Notes under the pieces: generated by a model
What the model was told of the DNA's origin: nothing
Database searches by the model: none
What the model saw: only the letters and a program-made list of their open reading frames with translations
Source: a virus
Lineage: Duplodnaviria; Caudoviricetes
Virus record (IMG/VR): IMGVR_UViG_3300010316_001058
Coordinates: 1 to 60,259 of that record
Strand: one strand, 5' to 3'
Length of the DNA stretch: 60,259 nt
Shown: piece after piece, positions 37,454 through 47,552 of the stretch
Numbering within the stretch: the first letter of the stretch is position 1
Layout of the letters: each line of letters opens with the position of its first letter
Made by a program: the position numbers and the translations under genes

Positions 37454-37645
37454 TTACTTGTCTTTCTTTCCGCGCTTTGCTTCGCTTTCTGCTTTAGATA
37501 ATTTGTTATTCCAGGTGTTGTTGCTAATGCCCAGTTCACTAGGCATCGGCTTTGTCTTGCCTTTTGTAACAGCGCCGCCCTTTTTAAGGAACGCATCGAT
37601 CAAGTCTTGATCAGTAGTCGGCTTAGGTCGGTGATTCATTGCCAT
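37454..37645 (-). CDS. hypothetical protein
   Basis: AAGGA SD; IDAFLKKGG.V. Confidence 0.7.
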   Translation of the reverse strand: MAMNHRPKPTTDQDLIDAFLKKGGAVTKGKTKPMPSELGISNNTWNNKLSKAESEAKRGKKDK

Positions 37646-37657
37646 TGAGTAGTTCCT

Positions 37658-38155
37658 TTACGTATATAACTTCTTTGCTTTAGCTACTCGTTTTGTAGCA
37701 CGGTCCCACTTGAGTTTGCTCACTCTATCTTTAATTGTAATTCCGAGCAAGTGATCCATTTCGTGAAGATATACCTTTGCACTGTATCCGTTAATCTTAG
37801 TAATCTGTTCTTCTAGATTCTCATCTAAGTAAGTTGCCAAGATTTCTTTAGGACGCTTTACTTTAACATAGACATCAGGGAAACTCAAGCAACCTTCGTC
37901 GTCAAGTGTTACATCTTCTGTATATTGCAAGATAGTTGGGTTGATAAAAATGTTAGCGTTATCTGGCGAGTCGCCAAATACAAATACTTTCTTGTCTAGT
38001 CCGATTTGATTAGCTGCTAGCCCAATGCCGCGATTGCTTATCATAAACTCAACCATTTCGTCTTTGAGTTCTTTTGGATCAAAGCCGGGATTAGTAGGAT
38101 CTACTTCCTCAACTACTTTTTCTAAAAACGGATCTGGGTAATATAATAGGTTCAT
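37658..38155 (-). CDS. def: peptide deformylase
   Basis: GIGLAANQIG, EGCLS, HEMDHL.G. Confidence 0.95.
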   Translation of the reverse strand: MNLLYYPDPFLEKVVEEVDPTNPGFDPKELKDEMVEFMISNRGIGLAANQIGLDKKVFVFGDSPDNANIFINPTILQYTEDVTLDDEGCLSFPDVYVKVKRPKEILATYLDENLEEQITKINGYSAKVYLHEMDHLLGITIKDRVSKLKWDRATKRVAKAKKLYT

Positions 38156-38853
38156 AATTTGCTTTCTTTCACTACTTGTTTTACTAATTCAACGTCTGCT
38201 GGCGATCTCCTAAATCGTATAGCCCAGTGCTTCGGGTCTAATACAGCGTAAATCATTTCTAATTGTTCATCACTTAACTTGTTAAGCATCTCTTGTCCGC
38301 TTTCGCAATTAAGCATTAACCACGGAGATATCTTTCCATCCTTGATGTGCCATACTACGCGGTTGGGTGAAATATATTTAAAATAATGATTCCATACTGA
38401 GTCGTTTTCTTTTGCCCATTCAACCATAGTATTAACAGAACGTTCTAGTGCAGTCTCAACACCTTCCTTGCGGATAGCTTCAATGGCATACTTTTCGTAC
38501 ATAGCATCACTGCACCATTTGTCTAGTTTTGCGCCGCTGGTTACAACGTGATCAATATACTTCTCTGGATACAATGGCTTCACGTTACTTAAGAAGCTAC
38601 CAAATTTTACAAAGGCATTGTAGTACGGACTCTTGCTAAATTCAGCATATGTCTTTTCTTTTGTTGCGCCTGTGCTTAGTTTGTAAAAACGTTGAAACGC
38701 ATACAAGCCTAACTTCACTGGCTTCTCATCTCTCTGCAGCGCCCGCCGTTTCGGCTCGCACATATGATTAAACAATGTACGCTCACGAGAGTAACCTGTG
38801 TTACAATACTCGCATTTAAAAGGCTTTTCAGAGCTTGATGTTTTCGATGCCAT
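38152..38853 (-). CDS. zinc-finger hypothetical protein
   Basis: FKCEYC..HMC N-terminus; start probably ATG MASKT. Confidence 0.65.
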   Translation of the reverse strand: MASKTSSSEKPFKCEYCNTGYSRERTLFNHMCEPKRRALQRDEKPVKLGLYAFQRFYKLSTGATKEKTYAEFSKSPYYNAFVKFGSFLSNVKPLYPEKYIDHVVTSGAKLDKWCSDAMYEKYAIEAIRKEGVETALERSVNTMVEWAKENDSVWNHYFKYISPNRVVWHIKDGKISPWLMLNCESGQEMLNKLSDEQLEMIYAVLDPKHWAIRFRRSPADVELVKQVVKESKL

Positions 38854-39298
38854 ATTCTTCAGCCAATTGCTTGAGTTCTTTTTTTGTAGATATTCCAGCA
38901 AGTAGTTCTACCTCATCTTTCTTTAAGTGCGGATAAATTTCTTCAATCAGCTTAATTGCCTTTGAATTATTTGTACCCTTCTTTTTGTGGCCAATCCATT
39001 GATGAAATTCAATATTGCCTGTTGCTCCGCTCATACAAAGTAACTGCCACAGCAACTCAGGATGTCCACTATCTTTACCAACTCCGATATCGTTGAAGTT
39101 TTTGTTGTACTGGTAGTTAGTTAATAGTACAGCACGTTCTTGTCTTTGTCTGCTACCTTTAACCGAACTTACATATCTATTTAACAACCAAAAGCTTACG
39201 CTCTTCTTTTCTTCGTCGCTGAATTCTTTCCATGCACCTTTGTAATTCATGTCGATGCAGCCTAGTGTTTGCTTTAGTGTAAGCTTTTCGTCTGTCAT
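38828..39298 (-). CDS. clamp loader small subunit (T4 gp62-like)
   Basis: FWLLNRY.S, HPEL.W, HQWI..KK, I.E.Y. Confidence 0.6.
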   Translation of the reverse strand: MTDEKLTLKQTLGCIDMNYKGAWKEFSDEEKKSVSFWLLNRYVSSVKGSRQRQERAVLLTNYQYNKNFNDIGVGKDSGHPELLWQLLCMSGATGNIEFHQWIGHKKKGTNNSKAIKLIEEIYPHLKKDEVELLAGISTKKELKQLAEEYGIENIKL

Positions 39299-39543
39299 TT
39301 TTTACCCTCACTCTTTACAATATAATACAGATTTACTAATATGTCAAACTGTTTCTGCAGAGTGACGTTATCTTTTGCTAGATCTTTCATTTCACAGAAA
39401 TCATTGTAATCAAACAAATCAGCTTCGGTGCTAGTCCTGCCTATCTCCCAGCGTGGAATGTCCGGACGACCTGCGTACCTGGCGTACTTTATATTACCTA
39501 CTCGTTCGTAAACTAATGTTTCGCCAGGTATTAGGTTTCCCAT
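39295..39543 (-). CDS. hypothetical protein
   Basis: PGETLVYER...YAR. Confidence 0.7.
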   Translation of the reverse strand: MGNLIPGETLVYERVGNIKYARYAGRPDIPRWEIGRTSTEADLFDYNDFCEMKDLAKDNVTLQKQFDILVNLYYIVKSEGKK

Positions 39544-40316
39544 TACAAGTTTCCTTTGTAAGAATACGTTACAATATCTTTAACTAACTGCTCAAAGTCT
39601 TCTAACTTTAGCATATTAGGGCCGTCGCTCGGCGCGTTGTCTGGGTCTTCGTGTACTTCTATGAAAAAATTAGTAACGCCCAGAGCACTACCTGCACGAC
39701 AAAGATCAGGAACATACTTCCTATTACCACCCGAAGCGGTTCCAAGCCCGCCAGGTTTTTGTACAGCGTGAGTAGCATCCAAAACGATAGGGCAATCATA
39801 GGTGCCGAGCATATAGCTAATGCCAGTAAAATCCACGACGAGAGTGTTATATCCAAAACTTGTTCCCCTTTCAGTTATCCAGACTTCGGAGGCTCCTTGC
39901 GTTTTCGAGAGTATACCTTTGATATCCCACGGCGCAAGAAACTGTCCTTTTTTAATATTGACGATTTTACCTGTCGCCACGCAAGCGTTGATAAGATCTG
40001 TTTGACGGCAAAGAAAAGCAGGAACTTGATAAACATCAACACAATTATAACTATCCACATTTTTTACTTGCTCCGCATCATGTACGTCGGTTAATGTCTT
40101 GACCCCGAACATTTCCTTAATAGTTTTGAAGTCTGCCATAGTAGCACCAATGCCGTGGCCACGGATGCCATCGACACTGGTTCTGTTAGCTTTATCATAG
40201 CTGGCCTTGAAGTAATAGTCAATACCGTATAGTTCACAAACACGCTTGCATTCTTTAGCAATCGCCGCGCTTTGAGCTAGACTTTCGTGCTGGCATGGAC
40301 CAGCTATGATTCTCAT
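39543..40316 (-). CDS. kdsA: Kdo-8-phosphate synthase
   Basis: IAGPC, KASYDKANRTS, PAFLCRQTDL, NIKKGQF, ERG.SFGY, DATH.VQ, SDGPN. Confidence 0.95.
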   Translation of the reverse strand: MRIIAGPCQHESLAQSAAIAKECKRVCELYGIDYYFKASYDKANRTSVDGIRGHGIGATMADFKTIKEMFGVKTLTDVHDAEQVKNVDSYNCVDVYQVPAFLCRQTDLINACVATGKIVNIKKGQFLAPWDIKGILSKTQGASEVWITERGTSFGYNTLVVDFTGISYMLGTYDCPIVLDATHAVQKPGGLGTASGGNRKYVPDLCRAGSALGVTNFFIEVHEDPDNAPSDGPNMLKLEDFEQLVKDIVTYSYKGNL

Positions 40317-40669
40317 GTTTTTTTACCAATTGTTCTACGTACAATATCATCATGATTAAATTCGGCCCAATAGAGTTCAAATGCTATTCCGTCTTTAAGA
40401 CCTTCAAACTGATGAATCTTACCTGGCTTAACTTGTGTAAAGTCACCTGCTTTGAGAATTGTTTCGTCTACCAATCCTTCATTATCGCCGTCTTGCCAAA
40501 CCCGTACAATCATTTCTCCAGACTCAACAAAGAACCCATTCCACTTATACTTGTGCTCATGTTCTGAACACTTATATCCTTTGTTAAATTCAATGCGGTG
40601 AAACTCTAGTACACCGTTAGCGTGGATGAGCTCTGTTGATCCCCATATTTTACCGGCGCGAACTCCCAT
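40313..40669 (-). CDS. cupin-fold protein
   Basis: K.WG, CSEH.H..K..GF.V..G, PG..HQF. Confidence 0.85.
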   Translation of the reverse strand: MGVRAGKIWGSTELIHANGVLEFHRIEFNKGYKCSEHEHKYKWNGFFVESGEMIVRVWQDGDNEGLVDETILKAGDFTQVKPGKIHQFEGLKDGIAFELYWAEFNHDDIVRRTIGKKT

Positions 40670-41256
40670 TATTTTTTCTCCTTACAATTATCAAAATGCC
40701 ATCTAGTCATAGACGGTTTACCTCCTTTTTTATTACAATAAGGACAAACAATTTGTTCTTTTTTGTCCCCAACAATCCCTTTATTCCACGGAATATTTCC
40801 TTCGGCAAAAGAGTGAATCTGTACCGTTTTATATTTTTTAGGTTTACTGTAATGCCCGTGCTGATCGCCACTTACTTGCGTTTTACCTAATCGAAATCCT
40901 ATAGGACAATCTTCGGTTAACATATTATCTTTTCCATTAGTAAACCAATGTTTTTCACTATGGTTTGGAGGCATACCTCCACCTTCTAATATATTCCAAC
41001 CTATTTCTTTAATAGGGCGCAGTTCGATTTCTTTAGCAATACATTCTTCTTCAGTTCCTTCAAATACGATATCTACTTCTAATTCTTTATATAAGTTGTA
41101 AACATTTTGTAAATGAGAATTAGGATGAGACTTATTACGCAATTTGTTAAAATGTCCCTGAATTCTATTGCCTCGGCCTTCGGTTACAGTTATGCCAACA
41201 TATCCTTGTGTCATTATATCATTATGTTCTTTATGTTTTATCCAATATACTTTCAT
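40669..41256 (-). CDS. GIY-YIG homing endonuclease
   Basis: VYWI..GYVGIT..R...H, E, GWNI..GG; C-terminal CPYC.K.GG..MTRWHFDNCK. Confidence 0.85.
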   Translation of the reverse strand: MKVYWIKHKEHNDIMTQGYVGITVTEGRGNRIQGHFNKLRNKSHPNSHLQNVYNLYKELEVDIVFEGTEEECIAKEIELRPIKEIGWNILEGGGMPPNHSEKHWFTNGKDNMLTEDCPIGFRLGKTQVSGDQHGHYSKPKKYKTVQIHSFAEGNIPWNKGIVGDKKEQIVCPYCNKKGGKPSMTRWHFDNCKEKK

Positions 41257-41311
41257 ACAAGTATTTAGCATTTTTCCTGCTTTTATAAATCTTTCCTGCT
41301 TTTATTCCCAT
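41231..41311 (-). pseudogene. displaced 5' stub of the cupin gene
   Basis: AAGGAG SD then MGIKAGKI vs functional MGVRAGKIWG. Confidence 0.8.
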
Positions 41312-41322
41312 TTTCATTCTCC

Positions 41323-41826
41323 TTATAATAGCAGCGAATAGTCTATTAATTCGCATTGTCTTGATATATCCTTAACAAAATAAGCACACATCGGGTCATC
41401 GCCAGTTGATATTGGCACAGTTAGTAGTTGTCCATTTTTCATTTTAGGAAAGTACCATTTAACGTCTGTATAAAAGTTAACTATCTTTACTTCACCAAAA
41501 TAAGTTTTAAAGCTTGAACGTGGATTAAAGAGGAAAGCCTCAAACCCTCTGTCGTTTAAACTAGTTAGCGGAAGTACCTCTAGGTCGTTGCTGCTTTCGG
41601 AACACCCTACCGCTATACTCCAATCTACAGGCATTGGTATCTCGAATCCGTTAATTTCTAGTATCATTGCCGGAGCACTAAAGCTTTCTAGAAAAATTAA
41701 TGGTATAAAGAAGAAGTCAGGTTCTGCTGGATTTGAATTATCCAATACTGAAAATCTTACGTCATCAACTTGTTCCGGAAGTGTGTCTAGTTCTAGGCAT
41801 TTGTTTTCTAATGTTAATATTCTCAT
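41323..41826 (-). CDS. conserved hypothetical protein
   Basis: 167-aa ORF downstream of UvsW locus. Confidence 0.75.
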   Translation of the reverse strand: MRILTLENKCLELDTLPEQVDDVRFSVLDNSNPAEPDFFFIPLIFLESFSAPAMILEINGFEIPMPVDWSIAVGCSESSNDLEVLPLTSLNDRGFEAFLFNPRSSFKTYFGEVKIVNFYTDVKWYFPKMKNGQLLTVPISTGDDPMCAYFVKDISRQCELIDYSLLL

Positions 41827-41827
41827 T

Positions 41828-42547
41828 TTATTTCCAATCTACTTTTTCTATTGTGCAAAACTTAACATGTCTTGCAGTAACATTCTTTTTATTACAAGAT
41901 GGACAACTATCTACTCTTTTTTGCGGGCCGCGTTTTCCTTGCATGTTCTTACTCATTTTTTCACGAGTCTCAGCAGAATGTGTTTTTCCTAACATCCCCG
42001 AAGGCTTTCCTTCTTTAGTTTTAGATATTTTTTCTTTTACAGATTTTGCCTTTTCTGCACCGTATCTTTCTTCTAAAGATTTGTTAGAATACAATTCTTT
42101 TAATTTTTCTTTAGCAGTTTCTGAATATTCTTGTAATCCAACCTTGCCTTTATTCCACGGAGTTCTTCCTATATTAGATTCACTTATTTTTTGACGCATT
42201 TCTTTAGTATAAACTCTATTGCTATTTGCTTCTGCTATTGCAGTTCTAGCAATATCAAATTGCCTGCTAGTTAGATTTCTTTTTTGCTTGGAGTTTTGCT
42301 GTACAAATTTTCCTAATGCATTTTGCATTTTCTTTTTATAAAAAGTTTCGGTTGTGCATTTAGTAAGTAACCAGTGACAAATAAAGTGCTCTCTTGCAGT
42401 TAAATCTACTAAGTTTTCTTTATTGTTACTTCCGCCCATACATTTAGGAATAATATGATGTCTTTCTTTATATTCAGTTAAATCTCTATTTTTAGCATTT
42501 TCTATGATCATATCGTACCATTTTTTATATTTGTTGTTAGTAAACAT
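41828..42547 (-). CDS. HNH homing endonuclease with NUMOD3 repeats
   Basis: ERHHIIPKCMGG.N..NLV.LTAREHFICH.LL; HSAETREKMS; ends TIEKVDWK like UvsW. Confidence 0.92.
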   Translation of the reverse strand: MFTNNKYKKWYDMIIENAKNRDLTEYKERHHIIPKCMGGSNNKENLVDLTAREHFICHWLLTKCTTETFYKKKMQNALGKFVQQNSKQKRNLTSRQFDIARTAIAEANSNRVYTKEMRQKISESNIGRTPWNKGKVGLQEYSETAKEKLKELYSNKSLEERYGAEKAKSVKEKISKTKEGKPSGMLGKTHSAETREKMSKNMQGKRGPQKRVDSCPSCNKKNVTARHVKFCTIEKVDWK

Positions 42548-42570
42548 AATATACTCCTTTAGTATATTTA
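42548..42570 (-). promoter_or_regulatory. late promoter inside an SD-sequestering hairpin
   Basis: TAAATA overlapping AATATACT-AAAGG-AGTATATT immediately before ATG. Confidence 0.7.
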
Positions 42571-42590
42571 TGCTTTCTGGTAAAACTTTT

Positions 42591-44060
42591 TTATTTTTGC
42601 CAGTCTACCTTTTCGATTGTAAAAGGATATTGGGCTTCAGAATAAAATTTCTTGCGCTGTGTTAGGTGGCGCTTGGCATACTTACATGTAGATGTTAAAT
42701 CCCATATTTGCACAAAGTCTTTGTCTTTTGCCTTTCTTACGCCTCTACCGATTGATTGGATTACTCGAACAAAGCTCTTGCCTGGCTCGAATAGCATTAG
42801 ATTAAAAATTCTAGGAATGTTAATACCAACCGCAGCAACACCATATGTAGCAATCACAATTTGATTTGTGCCAGTGTTGATGTCGTCGTAGGCTGTCTTC
42901 CTGTCCTTTAATTTCACATCACCCTTAACGAATACCGATCCGGGTATGAGAGATTGTAATGTCTCCCCTGCGCTAATCCTGTCTACAAGTATCAAAGTGT
43001 TGCCGCTGTCTTTGATACTATCGATCATTGTAGCTATAAACTCTAATCGAGCTTGATTAGAAGTTAAATATTTTAGTTCTTCTTGGTAGTTTCTAAATGC
43101 CTGAGTGTCTATCAACTGCATCACATTAACGTGACACTTTGATAGTAAGCCTAAATCTTGTAGTTCCTTGGCACTAACCTGTCCAACTACTGGTCCAATA
43201 CTTGCCAAGATGCTTTGGAATTCAAAGTCTTCTTTTGGAATTGTTCCAGTTAATCCCCAACGTATGGGAGCGTTTTTAAGGTTTTGTGTTAGTATTTTCT
43301 TAAGTACTTCTGCTTTAGCTTGGTGTACTTCGTCGACAATTATAGCAGCAACACCGTCTAAGAATTCAGCTAAACTTAGTATTGCTGAGCCGTCTTTATG
43401 CTTCTTGTCCATAATGTTGAGCGACTGCCAAGTACAGATAGTGTGCGTTCTGCCTAGCTCTTTTCTGTCACCAAAGTACACACCCACATCAAGTCCGCAG
43501 TTAATGTAGTCTTCTTCAGTCTGCGTAACCAACGACTTGTTGGGTACAATAATTATCGAACGACCAAATGATTCTGCTAGGTGACTGAGGGTTGCAGTAG
43601 TAATTGTCTTACCTGCGCCTGTAGCAATCTCTTGGAGACTTTGCGGATGATCGATAAAGTTGTTGATAGCAACAACTTGGTGATCGTGTAGAACAATGTC
43701 TTCACCTTCGGCAGGATGCCCTGCTGGCCACTTAACGCCTTGGTCTGCCCAATAACGTTCTGTTACTCTCGGAAACTGTAGATTAATCTTATTGCGCTGA
43801 TCTACAATCTCTCCAACTTCTATTTTTTCTCGTTGAAGTTCAGCTAGAATTACATCTAAATGATTAAGATATCCATTGCCGCCAAGGCCAAAAAAGCCTA
43901 CTTTGCCGTCCCATCTGCCTAGCTTATACTGAGGCATATGCTTTGCGTAAGGCACTTCATACTTGAGCGCGTTTGCAATTCTGCGTCTAACGTCTACTGA
44001 TAAATTTTCTAACTTTACATTTACTTCGTCTTGAATAATTAATTTACAACTAGTTACCAT
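42591..44060 (-). CDS. uvsW: UvsW-like SF2 DNA helicase
   Basis: WDGK, ATGAGKT, DEVH, GLTGT, QSIGRG.R. Confidence 0.9.
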   Translation of the reverse strand: MVTSCKLIIQDEVNVKLENLSVDVRRRIANALKYEVPYAKHMPQYKLGRWDGKVGFFGLGGNGYLNHLDVILAELQREKIEVGEIVDQRNKINLQFPRVTERYWADQGVKWPAGHPAEGEDIVLHDHQVVAINNFIDHPQSLQEIATGAGKTITTATLSHLAESFGRSIIIVPNKSLVTQTEEDYINCGLDVGVYFGDRKELGRTHTICTWQSLNIMDKKHKDGSAILSLAEFLDGVAAIIVDEVHQAKAEVLKKILTQNLKNAPIRWGLTGTIPKEDFEFQSILASIGPVVGQVSAKELQDLGLLSKCHVNVMQLIDTQAFRNYQEELKYLTSNQARLEFIATMIDSIKDSGNTLILVDRISAGETLQSLIPGSVFVKGDVKLKDRKTAYDDINTGTNQIVIATYGVAAVGINIPRIFNLMLFEPGKSFVRVIQSIGRGVRKAKDKDFVQIWDLTSTCKYAKRHLTQRKKFYSEAQYPFTIEKVDWQK

Positions 44061-45265
44061 CGGTATATTTGTGAATGCTTTCTTAAGGGCGACATTTGAT
44101 TGTCGTACATTATTTGCAGATCCGTGCGCTCATTCGCATATAGATCAACGTACCTATCGATGCTGCTACTGTTAAAAAACAATGATGTGATTGGTTTCCA
44201 ATCACAGTCTTGCTGAAGCAATATCTTAGGCAATTTATTACTATTAATATAAACTACTTTAGTATCTTTGTTAACCCAATTATTGAGTTTTTTGTCTTTA
44301 ACATACTCATTAAAGTCTGCTGGACCATCTAGTCTAAAGAGGACGCTCTGTTCCTCAGTTGCTACTAGATTGCGCAGTATTGAATAACACTTGTACAGAG
44401 AATCTTCGGCATTATTGTTGTTTAATCCGATCAGCAAAGGAAACCTATCAAGCTTCCAAATAGTGCTAAGAACATCTTGCAATGCAACATTTTCGTTGTT
44501 TACAAAAACTTCAAGATCTTTTCTGTTAACAAGAGTAGCAAGCAAGTCTTCACCACTGACTTGATCGTCAGTAATTAGTCCATAGCGCCTCTTACGATCT
44601 ATAATTTTAACAGCGTCATAATCTGTGTCTTGTCCAATCTTCTGTCGCAAGCTATCACTAATGTTAAACAGCTCGTTGTTCTTATAAAGAGGAAGATAGT
44701 CTTCGGGGTTGCTTTTTACTTCTGCAACCCTTTTGTAATAATCAAGAATCTCTTGATCAATATCAAAGTTTCGATCTTTAAATTCTTCAACTATTTCATA
44801 AGTAGAAACTTCGTCAAACAAGAAGTAATGTTCTAGAGTTCCTAGCTCGTGGTAGTAGTTCTTTTCTAATGACTTAGCAACAGCTTCCACTGCTACGATT
44901 GTTTTCTTGTTGAACGGAAACCGAATCTTAATCCAAGTGCCGTCTACTGGTCCCGACTTTGTTTCAATTCCGTCAACTAGCGTAACAGTCTTAGATCTAT
45001 CAATATGTCTGAGAGGAAGTCTCAATTGAGACACTGCCTCGTCAAAACCTTCTACGCTGTTATAAACGAATTGTTCTCTGTAACTCGCAAGCTTTTCTTT
45101 AGCAAGTGCATACTGCCTGTCTGTTAGTGCAGTATTTCGAAATACTTGCCGTGCAAAGCTGTCAAGTAAAGCACGATCGTTTTCGTTGATGTGAAAGTTG
45201 CCATCGCCTTTTAATCGGCACAGCATCTCAAGGCAATCTTCAATATGTAAAACTGTTTGTATCAT
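44054..45265 (-). CDS. hypothetical protein
   Basis: 403-aa ORF, own sigma70 promoter, overlaps uvsW start. Confidence 0.75.
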   Translation of the reverse strand: MIQTVLHIEDCLEMLCRLKGDGNFHINENDRALLDSFARQVFRNTALTDRQYALAKEKLASYREQFVYNSVEGFDEAVSQLRLPLRHIDRSKTVTLVDGIETKSGPVDGTWIKIRFPFNKKTIVAVEAVAKSLEKNYYHELGTLEHYFLFDEVSTYEIVEEFKDRNFDIDQEILDYYKRVAEVKSNPEDYLPLYKNNELFNISDSLRQKIGQDTDYDAVKIIDRKRRYGLITDDQVSGEDLLATLVNRKDLEVFVNNENVALQDVLSTIWKLDRFPLLIGLNNNNAEDSLYKCYSILRNLVATEEQSVLFRLDGPADFNEYVKDKKLNNWVNKDTKVVYINSNKLPKILLQQDCDWKPITSLFFNSSSIDRYVDLYANERTDLQIMYDNQMSPLRKHSQIYRW

Positions 45266-45282
45266 ACGCTTACTATAACACC

Positions 45283-46128
45283 TTAGAGGCGCGGTGTCAA
45301 GTTCTTTAATGGGATGCCGTTTGCTATTTCACTAACCGTATATTCTGTATGAGCATAATCGTTTACCCATTGTTGTCTGTCTGGCCGATTTGGATTTTCT
45401 ATGTTACTAAAATCATCAATGTCGTTTGCTACTTCGTATGCTAAACTATGTCTACTAACATACGCAGGTATGCCTTCTAGAACTGCTTGAATTCCTGGGT
45501 TGCTGCTCCAGTTGACCACAGCCCAAGCATCGTCGAAGCTTAGGTCGTAGTTATCGTAACTGCCAGGTATTTTTGTTGGCATAGCTGCTATTGTGTTCAG
45601 CGGATGTACCACGCGATGTCTGCTTCTTGGATGGGTGCGTACTACAATAGGACGGTTAGTGTGTTGCCGGATCCTGGTCACAGTAGAGCTGATCCATTCA
45701 TTCATCTCTGGCATATTGTCCCATTGCTGACTCTTTTCGTGTTGGCCGCAGAGTAATATGTGATTGCCCGAATTCTTCCAAGGCTGTGTCTTAATCTTCA
45801 AGCTCTTTGCTCGTTCAGTGTCGTTGCCGCTTGGTCCAAGATAAGCATCTCTGTTTATTCCATTGAGGCCGACTTTCCAAGTAGTGCCTCGGTTAATGCT
45901 GCCTATTTCTAAGACTATGACTGGCATATCTCGTTTGCGCCTTGCACTCCATATCTTTTTATTAGCTGCCATTCGACCGTTCCACAGCACACTCCAAATC
46001 ACTGCTACATCGGCATCGTCGCTGTTGTAGACAACGTTGTAGCCTGCGTTTACTAAGCTTGTAGCAAATGCTTCAAATACAGGTTTTGAATTTAGCGCAC
46101 CATGATTAGTCCATAGGCTAAATTTCAT
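45283..46128 (-). CDS. KpsS/KpsC-like glycosyltransferase
   Basis: LLCGQ, IVVRTHPR, AVVNWSSN.GIQAVL.GIP. Confidence 0.7.
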   Translation of the reverse strand: MKFSLWTNHGALNSKPVFEAFATSLVNAGYNVVYNSDDADVAVIWSVLWNGRMAANKKIWSARRKRDMPVIVLEIGSINRGTTWKVGLNGINRDAYLGPSGNDTERAKSLKIKTQPWKNSGNHILLCGQHEKSQQWDNMPEMNEWISSTVTRIRQHTNRPIVVRTHPRSRHRVVHPLNTIAAMPTKIPGSYDNYDLSFDDAWAVVNWSSNPGIQAVLEGIPAYVSRHSLAYEVANDIDDFSNIENPNRPDRQQWVNDYAHTEYTVSEIANGIPLKNLTPRL

Positions 46129-46167
46129 CGGTTAAATACTCCATAACATATTTACAAAGGATAACAA

Positions 46168-47016
46168 ATGTCAGATATAACTGTGGTTACAACATTCCAT
46201 CAGCCAGGCTTAGAATTGTACGGTCAAAGATTCTTAGACTCGTTTGCTGAGCGAGTTGACAAAAAGATCAAGTTGTTAGTCTACACAGAAGACTGTGACC
46301 CAGTAAATCCAGACCCTGATCAAATCACAATATTAGACGCAAAGGAAGTTTTGCCTAAGCTAAATCAATTCAAAGCATTGTGGAAAGGTATTCCGAAAGC
46401 AAATGGGAAACCTCCAGCTGATATTGTTCAACGTCGTCCAAGAGACCATCACAAAGAATTTAAATGGGATGCTGTACGTTTTGCTAACAAAGTGTATGCT
46501 GTATTTGATGCATGTGAGCGCAGCACTGATTGGTGTGTTTGGATGGACGCAGACACGTTTGTACACAGTGATTGGAGTTACGAAGAATTTAAAGAGTGCT
46601 TACCGGACACCAGCTGGATCACTTATGTAGGCAGAGGCAAAGGATCACAGACGTGGCCCGAGTGCGGATTCTACGGAATGAATTTAAAGAATGGCGACTG
46701 CAAGGAATTCCTAAAAGAATTTGAACGGGTATACGACGATGCCGACAATGGAATATTTTTATTAGAAGAATGGCACGACAGTTATGTGTTCGGCGACATC
46801 TTAAGTCGTATGAAAAAGATTGCTCCCAACGTGTTAGACTATAGCGCAGAGATGTATTTAAAAGAAGCTAAGACAGGAGGCGGGGGACATCCCCTTATTA
46901 ATTCAGTGTTAGGCAAATGGATTGATCATATGAAGGGTGATCGCAAAAACACAGGAAAAAGCTTACCTAAAGATATTATGGTAAAGAGAAAAGAAAAGTA
47001 TTGGAAAAATAAATGA
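46168..47016 (+). CDS. GT-A fold glycosyltransferase
   Basis: VVTTF, RF..KV.A, WMDAD, ECGF, EWHDS, HMKG. Confidence 0.8.
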   Translation: MSDITVVTTFHQPGLELYGQRFLDSFAERVDKKIKLLVYTEDCDPVNPDPDQITILDAKEVLPKLNQFKALWKGIPKANGKPPADIVQRRPRDHHKEFKWDAVRFANKVYAVFDACERSTDWCVWMDADTFVHSDWSYEEFKECLPDTSWITYVGRGKGSQTWPECGFYGMNLKNGDCKEFLKEFERVYDDADNGIFLLEEWHDSYVFGDILSRMKKIAPNVLDYSAEMYLKEAKTGGGGHPLINSVLGKWIDHMKGDRKNTGKSLPKDIMVKRKEKYWKNK

Positions 47017-47552
47017 AACCTTGGATATTTGAAGTAATGGTCGACATAATCGGCGATGCTAAATGCAACACCGTTGCAGAGATTGGTACACATAACGGCG
47101 GCACAGCACAGCAATTAATTAGCTTGCTTGCTCCGCGCGTTGAAAAATTAATGTATTACGGGTACGACATCTTTGACGCAGACAATCCTGATCTAGAGTT
47201 TCACAAGCAAGAACGCAATGGCAAGGCGCCTGCGTCTTACGATCAAGCTTTGTATACACTGCGTAAAATATCTAAGCGGCTCGGAAATATCGAGTACACT
47301 CTCTTTAAAGGGTTTACTACTGACACTCTTGTTACTCCGCAAGTTTTTGATTTTGTATATATCGACGGCGGGCATAGTTATGACACAGTTAAGCATGATT
47401 ATTCCATGGTCAAAGACAGTAAGTTAATTGTATTTGATGATTACAAAATTCCAGGAGTACAACAGGCAGTAACAGAAATAGAAGCTACTGGAGTTGCTGT
47501 AGAAATTGTTAGCACTCCGTCAAAGCATACTTGGGCTGTTATTAGAAATTAA
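47013..47552 (+). CDS. class I SAM methyltransferase
   Basis: EIGTHNG, GYDIF, DFVYIDGGHSY, VFDDY. Confidence 0.88.
   Translation: MKPWIFEVMVDIIGDAKCNTVAEIGTHNGGTAQQLISLLAPRVEKLMYYGYDIFDADNPDLEFHKQERNGKAPASYDQALYTLRKISKRLGNIEYTLFKGFTTDTLVTPQVFDFVYIDGGHSYDTVKHDYSMVKDSKLIVFDDYKIPGVQQAVTEIEATGVAVEIVSTPSKHTWAVIRN

Noticed and set aside
37453-37596. N-terminal extension of the DnaE-like ORF
   Set aside because: Overlaps the SD-supported 37454-37645 gene; homology begins at MPDIDID
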